Shown: in pieces, positions 38,434 through 47,751 of the stretch
Position numbering within the stretch: position 1 is the stretch's first letter
Layout: each line of letters opens with the position of its first letter
The notes under the pieces: model-generated
Seen by the model: the letters and a program-made list of their open reading frames with translations, nothing else
Told to the model about the DNA's origin: nothing
Database searches by the model: none
NCBI GenBank assembly: GCA_964444545.1
Contig: CAYUHG010000006.1
Span: forward strand, 6,581-70,580
DNA length: 64,000 nt
Direction of reading: 5' to 3'
From: an uncultured Rhizobium sp.
GTDB taxonomy: Bacteria > Pseudomonadota > Alphaproteobacteria > Rickettsiales > UBA1997
Program-made: the position numbers and the translations under genes

Positions 38434-39685
38434 AATTTCTGAATTTGATGAGAAGCCAGATAACGCAAAGCTTCAAAGCGCATGGCAATAAAGCATAAAA
38501 TAACCTGACGTTATCTAAGTTTGCGATTGCAGAATTTCCAGGGTGATAACCTAAAAAACCTAAAATTATTAAACTTCCAGAGGCAGCGATCATCAAACCA
38601 AATTTATTCATCATATTCCACAGCGCGAAATAAGATGAAGTTATTGCTGGATTTTGACTGCTTATATTTCCCAAAATTGCTGGTGCGGCGATTAAATCGG
38701 CACCTAAAAAAGCGCCAGAAAAAAGACAGACGATGAAAAATAAATTGGCGGTTTCGGAATTTAGAAAATAAGCGAAAACGAAAGTCAGAACTGATCCGAA
38801 AATGGCAGCAATCCATGATTTTACTAATCCAAAGCGATTGAAGCAAAGTTTCCACAGCGGAATAAAAAAACAGGCGGACAAAAAATAAATTGCCAAAAAC
38901 CAACCCAAGTGACTTTCGGCTTGCAAAACATCGCGAGTGAAGAAATTAAGATTGGCTGCAGGCAAGCTGGTGGAGATTGAATTGATGGTTAAGATGATAA
39001 GAAAGAAGACGAATTTACGATCTTTAAAAGTAGAAAATAGTGAGGTTTTTTCCTGTTTTTTTGTGATAACACTCTCAGATTCTTTTGGTAAAAGAATTGT
39101 CAGAAATAAGGCAATCAAGCCAACAAAAACAAAGCTTAGAACCAGATAAGATTTTTGTTCATCTTCGGCAAAAACAGTCGGCAAAATAAAAGCCAGAATC
39201 ATCCCAATTAAGCCGAGAAATTCTTTGACGCTGTTGAGTGAAATACGCTGCTGATTATTTCTGGCGGTGAGGGCAATGATTGATTCGAAATTGATCACGG
39301 CGAAATTGAATCCGGTGTATGTGATAATCAAAGTTACGACAAACCAAATGCTTGCTTGAGTTGTGTTCAAAATATGCGGTGGATTGAAAACGGCGAAGAA
39401 AGAAATGGCTAAAAATATGCAAGAGTAACGCAGAATTTTTTGATGTGAAAAATTGTGCTTTGAAAGTTGATCAGAAAAATTTCCGATCAGCGGATCTTGC
39501 AGCAAATCGATGGCTCTCACCAAGATAAGCAGAGAGCCAATTGTGATTAAATCGAGAGCAAATTTGCGGGCGTAAAAATCGCTAATATTGAGATAAAGCG
39601 GAATAGCAACGAAAGACAGCGGAATAGCTAAAAAGCCGATGCGAAGACTTTGAAACCAACTTAATTGATTCTCAGTATTGTGCAT
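38423..39685 (-). CDS. MFS transporter (glycoside-pentoside-hexuronide / MFS_2-like)
   Basis: About 12 hydrophobic segments; RAIDLLQDPLIGNFSD; YALLPCALK; position typical of this cluster. Confidence 0.85.
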   Translation of the reverse strand: MHNTENQLSWFQSLRIGFLAIPLSFVAIPLYLNISDFYARKFALDLITIGSLLILVRAIDLLQDPLIGNFSDQLSKHNFSHQKILRYSCIFLAISFFAVFNPPHILNTTQASIWFVVTLIITYTGFNFAVINFESIIALTARNNQQRISLNSVKEFLGLIGMILAFILPTVFAEDEQKSYLVLSFVFVGLIALFLTILLPKESESVITKKQEKTSLFSTFKDRKFVFFLIILTINSISTSLPAANLNFFTRDVLQAESHLGWFLAIYFLSACFFIPLWKLCFNRFGLVKSWIAAIFGSVLTFVFAYFLNSETANLFFIVCLFSGAFLGADLIAAPAILGNISSQNPAITSSYFALWNMMNKFGLMIAASGSLIILGFLGYHPGNSAIANLDNVRLFYALLPCALKLCVIWLLIKFRNYEN

Positions 39686-39700
39686 CGGCTAATTGTTAAA

Positions 39701-41584
39701 TTATTGGCAAGCTAAACATTCTTCATATTTGCTTTCAGCTTCTTGCGGTTGTGCAACAGCAATTGGAGCTGCCTTAAACATTTCGTCATTTTCAACTTTA
39801 TTCGATACTTTATCAGCGCGTTGAATTGAAGTTGAGCGACAATAGTAAAGACTCTTTAAGCCTTTCTGCCAGGCGCGGAAATGAGCTTCGTGTAATTCTT
39901 TTTTCGAAACGTTTCCTGGCATAAACAAGTTCAAGCTTTGGGCTTGGCAGATATATTCTTGACGTTCAGCAGAAAGATCGATGATCCAGCGTTGATCAAT
40001 TTCTTGGGCAGTTTTGAAAACTAATTTTTCGTGCTCGTCCAAGAAATCTAAATGCTGAACTGAACCTTCGTTAATCGTGATTGAAGACCAAACGTCTTCA
40101 GTATTGCGACCTTTAGATTCAAGCAATTTCACCAAGTTTTTGTTACGAACGTTGAACGAACCAGTCAAAGTTTTTTGGGTGAAAGAGTTGGCTGCGAAAG
40201 GCTCAATTCCTGGCGAAGAGTTGTTGGCAATAATTGAAATTGAAGCAGTTGGAGCGATTGCCAATTTGTTAGAAAATCTTTCCATAATGCCAACTTCAGC
40301 AGCGTCAGGACAAGCACCACGTTCTTTAGCCAAATCTTGTGAAGCTTTATCAACAGCTTGTTTAATGTGGTGGAAGATTTTTTTATTCCACACTTTGCTC
40401 ATTGCTGATTCCATCGGTACATTTTTGCTTTGCAAGAATGAGTGGAAACCCATCACACCAAGACCAACAGAACGCTCACGCATTGCTGAGTATTTGGCTT
40501 TGTGAATTGAATCTGGAGCTTTGTCGATGAAGTCTTGTAACACGTTATCAAGGAAACGCATTACATCTGGAATCAATTGATCATTGTCTTTCCATTGATC
40601 ATAAAATTCTAAGTTCAGCGAAGACAAGCAGCATACAGCAGTACGTTCATTTCCTAAATGATCGATACCAGTTGGAAGGGTGATTTCGCTGCACAGATTT
40701 GAAGTTTTAACTTTGAGATTTAATTTTTTGTGATGCTCTGGAATTGCTTTGTTTACAGCGTCGATGAACAAAATGTAAGGTTCACCAGTTTCAATTCTAG
40801 CGGTCAAAAGTTTGATCCACAAAGCACGGGCTTTTACAGTTTCGATAGTTTTTCCGGTGTACGGACTTTTCAAATCAAAGTTACCGTCTTTTTCGACTGC
40901 TTTCATAAATTCATCAGTAACTGCAACGCCGTGATGCAAGTTGAGTGAACGACGATTTGGATCGCCGCCAACTGGTCTTCTGATGTCGATAAATTCTTCA
41001 ATTTCTGGGTGGTTGATTGGCAAATAAACTGCTGCAGAACCACGACGTAAGCTACCTTGAGAAATTGCCAAAGTTTGTGAATCCATAACTTTGATGAAAG
41101 GAACGATGCCTGAAGTTTTACCATTGCCGCGAACAGTTTCTCCGATTGAACGCAAATTGCCCCAATAGCTGCCGATACCACCACCGCGTGATGCTAACCA
41201 AACGTTTTCGTTCCACAAATCAACGATGCCTTCAAGTGAATCGTTTGATTCATTTAGGAAGCAAGAAATTGGAAGTCCGCGCTCAGTACCGCCGTTGCTA
41301 AGAACTGGAGTTGCTGGCATGAACCACAAGTTTGAAATATACTCGTAAAGACGATTAGCATGAGGTTGATCGTCAGCGTAATAAGATGCAACGCGAGCGA
41401 ACAAATCTTGGTAAGATTCACCGGGCATTAAATAACGATCTTTCAAAACGGCTTTGCCGAAATTGCTTAATCTTTCATCTTTTGAGTTATCAATTTTTAC
41501 GGCAAAATTTTTCTTTGCTGCCGATTTTGCAGCGTCAGTTTTCATTGCTGACTTTGATGTTTTGGTTACTGATTTTTTAGACAT
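39701..41584 (-). CDS. nrdA: Ribonucleoside-diphosphate reductase alpha subunit (class I, no ATP cone)
   Basis: ATPVLSN, ISCFL, SNLCSEI, AIAPTASIS, KSLYY, C-terminal ECLACQ. Confidence 0.97.
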   Translation of the reverse strand: MSKKSVTKTSKSAMKTDAAKSAAKKNFAVKIDNSKDERLSNFGKAVLKDRYLMPGESYQDLFARVASYYADDQPHANRLYEYISNLWFMPATPVLSNGGTERGLPISCFLNESNDSLEGIVDLWNENVWLASRGGGIGSYWGNLRSIGETVRGNGKTSGIVPFIKVMDSQTLAISQGSLRRGSAAVYLPINHPEIEEFIDIRRPVGGDPNRRSLNLHHGVAVTDEFMKAVEKDGNFDLKSPYTGKTIETVKARALWIKLLTARIETGEPYILFIDAVNKAIPEHHKKLNLKVKTSNLCSEITLPTGIDHLGNERTAVCCLSSLNLEFYDQWKDNDQLIPDVMRFLDNVLQDFIDKAPDSIHKAKYSAMRERSVGLGVMGFHSFLQSKNVPMESAMSKVWNKKIFHHIKQAVDKASQDLAKERGACPDAAEVGIMERFSNKLAIAPTASISIIANNSSPGIEPFAANSFTQKTLTGSFNVRNKNLVKLLESKGRNTEDVWSSITINEGSVQHLDFLDEHEKLVFKTAQEIDQRWIIDLSAERQEYICQAQSLNLFMPGNVSKKELHEAHFRAWQKGLKSLYYCRSTSIQRADKVSNKVENDEMFKAAPIAVAQPQEAESKYEECLACQ

Positions 41585-41634
41585 GAAATAGAGAAAATTA
41601 CGAGTTAGTCCTGAACCAAGCGCTGCTTGGATAA

Positions 41635-41683
41635 AAACTATATCTAGTGGTAATTTATGTTAAAACTACACAATATCTTGTTT
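41635..41683. promoter_or_regulatory. Tandem NrdR boxes upstream of nrdA
   Basis: AAACTATATCTAGTGG (41635-41650) and ACACAATATCTTGTTT (41668-41683) each match the CWATATATWG core at 9/10 and are 33 bp apart. Confidence 0.8.
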
Positions 41684-41785
41684 TTTGTAATTTTTATTTT
41701 TGGCAGAATTAAATGTCTACAGCGGATTTATAAAATGTTTCGTAATTATCCCTTCTTACACAAAATTATTATCTGTAATCCCTCC

Positions 41786-41886
41786 TCTTTCCCCTGTCAT
41801 CCTGAGCGTAGCGAAGGATCTTATGAGTTTATCTTAAAAATTGCCTCCTGAGATCCTTCGCTACGCTCAGGATGACAGGGGAAAGA
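41786..41886. repeat. Palindromic element, family A
   Basis: Perfect 36-bp inverted repeat TCTTTCCCCTGTCATCCTGAGCGTAGCGAAGGATCT / 41851-41886. Confidence 0.95.
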
Positions 41887-41937
41887 AGAAGGATGACAGG
41901 GGAAAGAGAAAAGATGACAGCAAGGATGTGGATAAAA

Positions 41938-43218
41938 TTATAGTTTAATCTTTAGCAACTTGAGGATCCCTTTTGCCTTATTAAAAGTTTCTTCCAATTC
42001 CGATTTCGGATCAGAATCAAAAGTGATGGCGCCGCCAACTTGAAATTCAAATTTTTTGTCTTGCAGCACAAGAGTGCGAATAACTACTGAAGAGTTAATT
42101 TCATCACGTGTGAAAATTCCGATCGTACCGCTGTAAATTCCGCGATCTAATCGTTCTTTTTTTGCCGCAATTTCCATGGCTTTTATTTTTGGTGCTCCTG
42201 TCATCGAGCCAGCAGGAAAGCAAGTTTCAATCGCATCGAAGGCACAAAAATCTTTAGCAATTTTACCATGAATTTCTGACGACATGTGATGAATATTTTT
42301 ATAACTTGTGATGCTGAAAAGTTTTTTTACCTCAACGCTTCCAGCTGTACAAATTCTGGATAGGTCGTTACGCACCAAATCAACAATCATCAAATTTTCA
42401 GCGCGTTCTTTGATGCTATTTCTTAAAGCGGATTTATTTTTTTCATCCTGTTTTACATCACAATCACGAGGTGCAGTGCCTTTGATTGGACGTGATAAAA
42501 TTTTACCATCTTTTGCCGATAAAAATAATTCCGGAGAAGAGGAAATTACGTAACTTTCACCAAGTTTCAAAAATGATGAATAGTTGGCTGGGCTTATTTT
42601 TGTAAGATCAGAAAATAGTTTGAAAGCTTGTTGCTGATTTTGTTTTTTGCTGAATTCACCAAAAAATTTTCTGGTTAAATTGGTTTGATAAAATTCTCCG
42701 GCGGCGATTTTTTGGCGAATATCTGAAATAGCTTCTAAGTAAGATTGGTCGCTGAAATTAGAGCCTAAATTTTTGATCGATAAACTTTGATCTGCGCTTT
42801 CTTTTTCTTTCCATTTTAGAGCTTTTTCTAACTTCTTTTTATCGGAATAAAAAGCGGTAAGATGTTTATTATCGTGATCAAATTCGAGTATAACGGCAAA
42901 TTTATTGAGCCAAATTTTAGGCAGATTTACAAAAGATTTTGCTGTTTTTGGTAATTTCTCAAAGTCTCTTCCAACTTCGTAAGAGAAATATCCAAACCAT
43001 TTCTGTGTGCTATTTTTTAGAATTTTTTCGGCGTGAAAAAAATCATCGCAAATCAATTTTTCTTCGTTGAAAAGTGCGATATAAGAAAGTGAATTGGGAA
43101 CTTTATCGTTTAATGCTGAATAGAGGAAAATCCAGCTTTCATCACGATAATTAGCGGCAATTTTTGCGGCAAAATTTAGCGGATTTTGCCAGCGCAGTTT
43201 TACAGAGTGATCGACCAT
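41938..43218 (-). CDS. pabB: Aminodeoxychorismate synthase component I
   Basis: GEFYQTNL, SSSPELF, PIKGT, AENLMIVDLVRNDL, FPAGSMTGAPK, GGAIT. Confidence 0.9.
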   Translation of the reverse strand: MVDHSVKLRWQNPLNFAAKIAANYRDESWIFLYSALNDKVPNSLSYIALFNEEKLICDDFFHAEKILKNSTQKWFGYFSYEVGRDFEKLPKTAKSFVNLPKIWLNKFAVILEFDHDNKHLTAFYSDKKKLEKALKWKEKESADQSLSIKNLGSNFSDQSYLEAISDIRQKIAAGEFYQTNLTRKFFGEFSKKQNQQQAFKLFSDLTKISPANYSSFLKLGESYVISSSPELFLSAKDGKILSRPIKGTAPRDCDVKQDEKNKSALRNSIKERAENLMIVDLVRNDLSRICTAGSVEVKKLFSITSYKNIHHMSSEIHGKIAKDFCAFDAIETCFPAGSMTGAPKIKAMEIAAKKERLDRGIYSGTIGIFTRDEINSSVVIRTLVLQDKKFEFQVGGAITFDSDPKSELEETFNKAKGILKLLKIKL

Positions 43219-44075
43219 TTTTTTACCAAATATTTCTCGACCATTTGTCTTTCTTCTTTTGTTAGAGCGCGTCCGAAGAAAATAATTTCGCCAATATCGC
43301 CTTTGAAATAAAGATCAGGAATGTCAATTACTGAGGATTTGCCGATGGTATTATTAATAGAAACCCCATTGCGATTAATGGCTTGATCTTCGCCTTTAAA
43401 ATTTCCATTAACGTAAATTTTACGTCCAGAGCTGCTGTCATAAACAAAAGTAAAAACCTGCATTTTACCAGCAGAAACACAAACAACTGGAGTTAACAAA
43501 GTATTTTTTTGCCAATTATTTTCGATAAATCCACCAGCTCGGTAGTTAATCATATTGGAAGAATTTGCTACGTCATAATGCCCAGAACCAAGAACTCCGT
43601 AAGATTCAGAAGTAGAAATAGTGCGCATTACAAAGAAGAAAGTGTAATCATAATTACTATCGGGAACAGTACCATCGGGCAAATTTAAGTAATTACTACC
43701 ATCAAAACGTAAGATTGGTAAACCATTGGCAACAGAAGGCTCGAAGACATAAGTTGGTCGTGCATTGCCAGTTTGTGTAGCGTGATTTCCAAGAACTGAC
43801 TGGCTGTTGATGTCGTTCCATTGCGAGATTCTTTTATTCTCTAGGCCTTCTTTTTTCAAAAAACTTTTTTCAGAAGTGGTATCATACCAAGAAATAATTC
43901 CAGGAATTCCGTTGATAGCAGAACTTTTGGTTTGTGCACGTGCGCCCATGATTTTGAAAGAGCGAATCATGTTAGTCGCCTGCATTGCAGATACGATCAA
44001 AATGCCGGTAATGATTATTACCAAAGCTAGCTCAACTAAAGAAAATGCCTGTTTTTTTACTGCGAATTTAGCCAT
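43200..44075 (-). CDS. Prepilin-type N-terminal methylation motif + LamG/concanavalin-like domain protein
   Basis: KKQAFSLVELALVIII; C-terminal FKGDIGEIIFFGRALT...VEKYLVKKW. Confidence 0.8.
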   Translation of the reverse strand: MAKFAVKKQAFSLVELALVIIITGILIVSAMQATNMIRSFKIMGARAQTKSSAINGIPGIISWYDTTSEKSFLKKEGLENKRISQWNDINSQSVLGNHATQTGNARPTYVFEPSVANGLPILRFDGSNYLNLPDGTVPDSNYDYTFFFVMRTISTSESYGVLGSGHYDVANSSNMINYRAGGFIENNWQKNTLLTPVVCVSAGKMQVFTFVYDSSSGRKIYVNGNFKGEDQAINRNGVSINNTIGKSSVIDIPDLYFKGDIGEIIFFGRALTKEERQMVEKYLVKKWSITL

Positions 44076-44101
44076 CTATCAGTTTAAATAATGTTGCCAA
44101 A

Positions 44102-44893
44102 TTAACGTTTGAGAAGTTCAAGAAATTGTGGCGCAAAACTTTTTTGTAAATTTTTACCTAAAAATTTATCAACCGACACAACCACAAATGAAGCATTGGT
44201 TAAGAAAATTTCGTCGGCATTTTTCAGTGCGGAAATTTTCGCTTCAACTTCAAAAATTTTTACTGGAGAAATTTTTAACAATAATTCGCGAACAGTTCCA
44301 GCCAATATTCCACATGATTTTGCTGCGGTAAAAATTTTACCATTTTTTACCCAAAAAATATTCGCTGAAGAAGTCTCGGCAATGAATTGTTGCTGTGAAA
44401 ACATCACACAATCAAAGAGATTTTTTTCCTGTGCTTCAATTTTTGTGAGAACATAGGGCAGAGCATTCAAAGTTTTGCCGAGATTTTTTGGCGGAGTCTT
44501 GTGTGATGAAATTCCCAGCTCAATTTTTTGCGGTAATTGGCGTGGTAGAAAAGTTTGAATCAGAATTAATGGTTCTGATTCGTAAGTCGGTAAATATCCT
44601 AAACTACCGCTGCCGCGACTTATTACGATTTTTAAAATTCCGTCAGTGATTTTATTTTTGGCGATTAATTGCTGTGATTCTTCTTTGAGATTAGAAATGT
44701 CAGCGCTGAATTTCAGGGTTTTTAAACCCTTTTTAATTCTGGTTTCGTGAGCTTTAAAATTTTTAATTTCGCCATTTTCGATACGGCATGTCTCGAAAAT
44801 TCCGTCACCGAAAAGCAAGCCGCGATCATCTATTGCAATCGAGGCTTGTTTTTCTGAGATTAGTTGATGATTTTTGCAGACGTAATTTGTCAT
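44102..44893 (-). CDS. pabC: Class IV aminotransferase, probable aminodeoxychorismate lyase
   Basis: DDRGLLFGDGIFET, RGSGSLGY, ETSSANIF, GILAGTVR, EIFLTNA; next to pabB. Confidence 0.8.
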   Translation of the reverse strand: MTNYVCKNHQLISEKQASIAIDDRGLLFGDGIFETCRIENGEIKNFKAHETRIKKGLKTLKFSADISNLKEESQQLIAKNKITDGILKIVISRGSGSLGYLPTYESEPLILIQTFLPRQLPQKIELGISSHKTPPKNLGKTLNALPYVLTKIEAQEKNLFDCVMFSQQQFIAETSSANIFWVKNGKIFTAAKSCGILAGTVRELLLKISPVKIFEVEAKISALKNADEIFLTNASFVVVSVDKFLGKNLQKSFAPQFLELLKR

Positions 44894-44922
44894 TTTCCCA
44901 ATACTAAAATTTTCAAAATCAG

Positions 44923-46662
44923 ATGAAATTCATTCTGAAGTGGGGATTTATTTTCTCAATCTGGATCGCGACTTTTGGTGCGCTAGCTCTGCTTTATTAT
45001 ATTCATGACTTGCCGAGTTTGAGTGAGTTAGAGAAAGAAAAAAATCGTCAAGTTATTGAAATTGATTATTCCAGCGATGAGCCAATAACTAAGTTTGGCG
45101 GTATTTATGGCAGCGAAATTGATTTTTATGAATTGCCGTCAAACTTGATAAATGCAGTTGTGGCAACAGAAGATCGTCGTTTCTTTTCGCATCCCGGAGT
45201 TGATGTTTTCGGTATTTTGCGTGCTTTTTACGCCAATCAAGAAGCTGGACACATCGTTCAAGGCGGCAGCACGATAACGCAGCAATTAGCGAAATTATTA
45301 TTCTTAACACCAGATCGTAATTTTAAGCGTAAAATTCAGGAAGTTTTGCTGGCGTTGCAGCTTGAGCACAATTTCACCAAAGAACAAATTCTTACCTGCT
45401 ATCTCAATCGCGCTTATTTTGGCGCGGGGAATTATGGCGTGGGCAATGCCGCGAAATATTATTTTGGCAAAAATGTTGCACGTATTAATCTTAACGAAGC
45501 AGCGATGCTGGCGGGATTGCTTAAAGCGCCGACTAAATATTCGCCGAAAAATAATATGGAATTAGCGCAAGCAAGGGCGGATGAAGTACTGGAAAATATG
45601 GCAGAAGCTGGATATTTGACGACTAAAAATCTTGCAGAAGTCACACAAGACGTTGCCTACAAAGTTGAAAAGTCGCAAAGGCTTTATTTCGCTGACTTGG
45701 TGCGTGAACAATATGCTGATTTTATCTCGAAAGAAAATTTAGAAGATAAAAAAATTGTCGTTACCACAACACTTGATCAAATGATTCAGGAAACTTTGGA
45801 AAATGTTGAAAATGAATTTGTTGCCCAAAATTCTGACAAACTAGGTAAGTCGGAAATTGCGGTAGTGATAATGAAAAAAGATGGTGCGGTTTTGGCGATG
45901 TCAGGTGGCAAAGATTATCAGCAAAGCCAATTTAATCGTGCAACTAGTGCAAAAAGACAGGCAGGATCATCTTTTAAAACCTTCGTTTATTTAACTGCTT
46001 TCGAAAATGGTGCTGATGTTGATGACGAAATGGAAGACAAGAAAATCAATGTTGGAGTTTGGTTGCCGGAGAATTACAACAATCATTATCTAGGTCAGGT
46101 GACTTTGAAACGTGCTTTCGCTGAGTCGTTAAATTCGGTGGCGGTTCAGCTGGCGCACAAGCAGGAAAAAGGTGCGATTGCACAGACTGCACAACGTTTA
46201 GGAATTATTTCAAAAGTTGAAAAGAATGACTTAACGATTGCACTAGGAACGACTGAAGTCAGTTTGTTTGAACTTACATCAGCTTACGCAACGATTGCCA
46301 ATGATGGCGAAGCGGTTATTCCGTATTTTATCGTTAGCATCAAAAATGGCGAAGAACAATCGCTTTATGAGCGTGAATCTTCAGGTATTGGCAAAGTTAT
46401 TTCGGAAAAAGCGCAAGAGAAAATCAAAGAAGTTTTGCGTGCTGCAGTTGAAAGTGGTACGGGCAAAAATGCTAATGTCGGACGTAATATTTACGGTAAA
46501 ACTGGAACCAGTCAGAACTATCGTGATGCTTGGTTTATTGGATTTAACGATGATTTTGTCGTAGGAATTTGGATCGGAAATGATGACAACACACCAACAA
46601 ATAAGATCACGGGCGGATCTTTACCGGCGCAGCTTTTTGCAGAAATTGTGAAGAAAATTTAA
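44923..46662 (+). CDS. Class A penicillin-binding protein (PBP1A family)
   Basis: EDRRF, GGSTITQQLAK, YLNRAYFG; transpeptidase SSFK, SLN, KTGT. Confidence 0.95.
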   Translation: MKFILKWGFIFSIWIATFGALALLYYIHDLPSLSELEKEKNRQVIEIDYSSDEPITKFGGIYGSEIDFYELPSNLINAVVATEDRRFFSHPGVDVFGILRAFYANQEAGHIVQGGSTITQQLAKLLFLTPDRNFKRKIQEVLLALQLEHNFTKEQILTCYLNRAYFGAGNYGVGNAAKYYFGKNVARINLNEAAMLAGLLKAPTKYSPKNNMELAQARADEVLENMAEAGYLTTKNLAEVTQDVAYKVEKSQRLYFADLVREQYADFISKENLEDKKIVVTTTLDQMIQETLENVENEFVAQNSDKLGKSEIAVVIMKKDGAVLAMSGGKDYQQSQFNRATSAKRQAGSSFKTFVYLTAFENGADVDDEMEDKKINVGVWLPENYNNHYLGQVTLKRAFAESLNSVAVQLAHKQEKGAIAQTAQRLGIISKVEKNDLTIALGTTEVSLFELTSAYATIANDGEAVIPYFIVSIKNGEEQSLYERESSGIGKVISEKAQEKIKEVLRAAVESGTGKNANVGRNIYGKTGTSQNYRDAWFIGFNDDFVVGIWIGNDDNTPTNKITGGSLPAQLFAEIVKKI

Positions 46663-46669
46663 CTTTAAA

Positions 46670-46746
46670 TGGTGGGTCTGGGTGGACTTGAACCACCGAC
46701 CTCGCACTTATCAGGCGCGCACTCTAACCAACTGAGCTACAGACCC
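46670..46746 (-). tRNA. tRNA-Ile(GAT)
   Basis: GGGTCTG acceptor, CGCGC-CTGATAA-GTGCG anticodon arm, GTTCAAGTC, CCA. Confidence 0.97.
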
Positions 46747-46789
46747 ATTTAAAGATTTAAGGAGGGATTTACCTAATCGAAGGCGCGGC

Positions 46790-46817
46790 AATTTAGGAAG
46801 GGTCAGCCAAAAGTCAA
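46790..46817 (-). promoter_or_regulatory. sigma70-type promoter of tRNA-Ile
   Basis: Minus strand TTGACT-N16-TAAATT followed by the GC-rich GCCGCGCC. Confidence 0.5.
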
Positions 46818-46855
46818 ATACTTGTTTTGAGTTTTTTAGTAATTTTTCTTCCTGC

Positions 46856-46948
46856 TGTCGGTTGAGCGAAGTCGAAACCTCGTGATATTCCTGCTTGTAA
46901 AGTATAGCAGAAAGAAACTAATGAGGTTTCGACTTCGCTCAACCGACA
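46856..46948. repeat. Palindromic element, family B
   Basis: Perfect 26-bp inverted repeat TGTCGGTTGAGCGAAGTCGAAACCTC / GAGGTTTCGACTTCGCTCAACCGACA. Confidence 0.93.
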
Positions 46949-46965
46949 TCAGGTTTTATCTTGTA

Positions 46966-47751
46966 TTAGTTATTAAACTGCTCACGAATAATTCTTTCTT
47001 CCAGCGAATGGTTTTGATCGAAAAGAATTTTGAAATTGATTGAACGATCTTCAAAAATTTCTACTTCCTTAACATTTTGTACCGAGTTGAAATCAGCAGT
47101 AGCACTAACTGGGCGTGTTTCGAAATGTTGAACTTCTAATTTAATTTTACTGTTAATCGGTAAAAGTGCGCCATTCCAATTGCGCGGTCTGAAAGGACTG
47201 ATTGGTGTTAGTGCTAAAATTTCTGAACCAAAAGGAATAATTGGTCCACCAGCTGAAAGGTTGTAAGCAGTGCTTCCGGCTGCAGTTGCCACTAAAATTC
47301 CATCAGCTGCCAGAGTTTTAATTCTCTCATGACCATTAACTTCAACTTTGATTTTTGCGGCTTGGCTTGATTGACGTAGAAGCGCTACTTCGTTGATAGC
47401 AATGTGGCTGTGCGAATTTCCATCGGAGTCAATTACATTCATACGAAGTGGTGAAATTCTTGATTCTTTTGCTTTGTTTAAATTTTCTAGAAAATTTTCT
47501 TCGTTAAAAGAGTTCATCAAAAAACCCACGGTTCCACAATTTACGCCATAAATTGGCATTTGTGACTTTTCATATTCGTGCAACAAATGCAGCATCAAAC
47601 CGTCGCCGCCAATCGCGACAACTAAATCAATTCCAGCAGTATCGTTGTGATTAGAACTTAGATCGATGAATTGATATTTTTCGACGAGAATTCTTTTTCT
47701 TTCAGCTGCGTAAGGATTATTTTTGGCAGCAATTACCGCAATTTTTTTCAT
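46966..47751 (-). CDS. nadK: NAD kinase
   Basis: GGDG, INEVALLR, DGILVATAAGSTAYNLSAGGP. Confidence 0.96.
   Translation of the reverse strand: MKKIAVIAAKNNPYAAERKRILVEKYQFIDLSSNHNDTAGIDLVVAIGGDGLMLHLLHEYEKSQMPIYGVNCGTVGFLMNSFNEENFLENLNKAKESRISPLRMNVIDSDGNSHSHIAINEVALLRQSSQAAKIKVEVNGHERIKTLAADGILVATAAGSTAYNLSAGGPIIPFGSEILALTPISPFRPRNWNGALLPINSKIKLEVQHFETRPVSATADFNSVQNVKEVEIFEDRSINFKILFDQNHSLEERIIREQFNN

Noticed and set aside
28547-39700. RpoE(ChrR)-type promoter for the photolyase/ufa cluster
   Set aside because: No convincing TGATCC-type -35/-10 pair could be placed upstream of a gene start by eye, and no rpoE-chrR genes are in the window.
41657-41851. 64-aa ORF upstream of nrdA
   Set aside because: It is made of promoter DNA, an NrdR box and the family A palindrome (CHPERSEGS); not a credible gene.
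41870-41930. CRISPR-like array
   Set aside because: Only three short degenerate 21-nt-period units, with no unique spacers and no cas genes. No CRISPR array was seen anywhere in the window.
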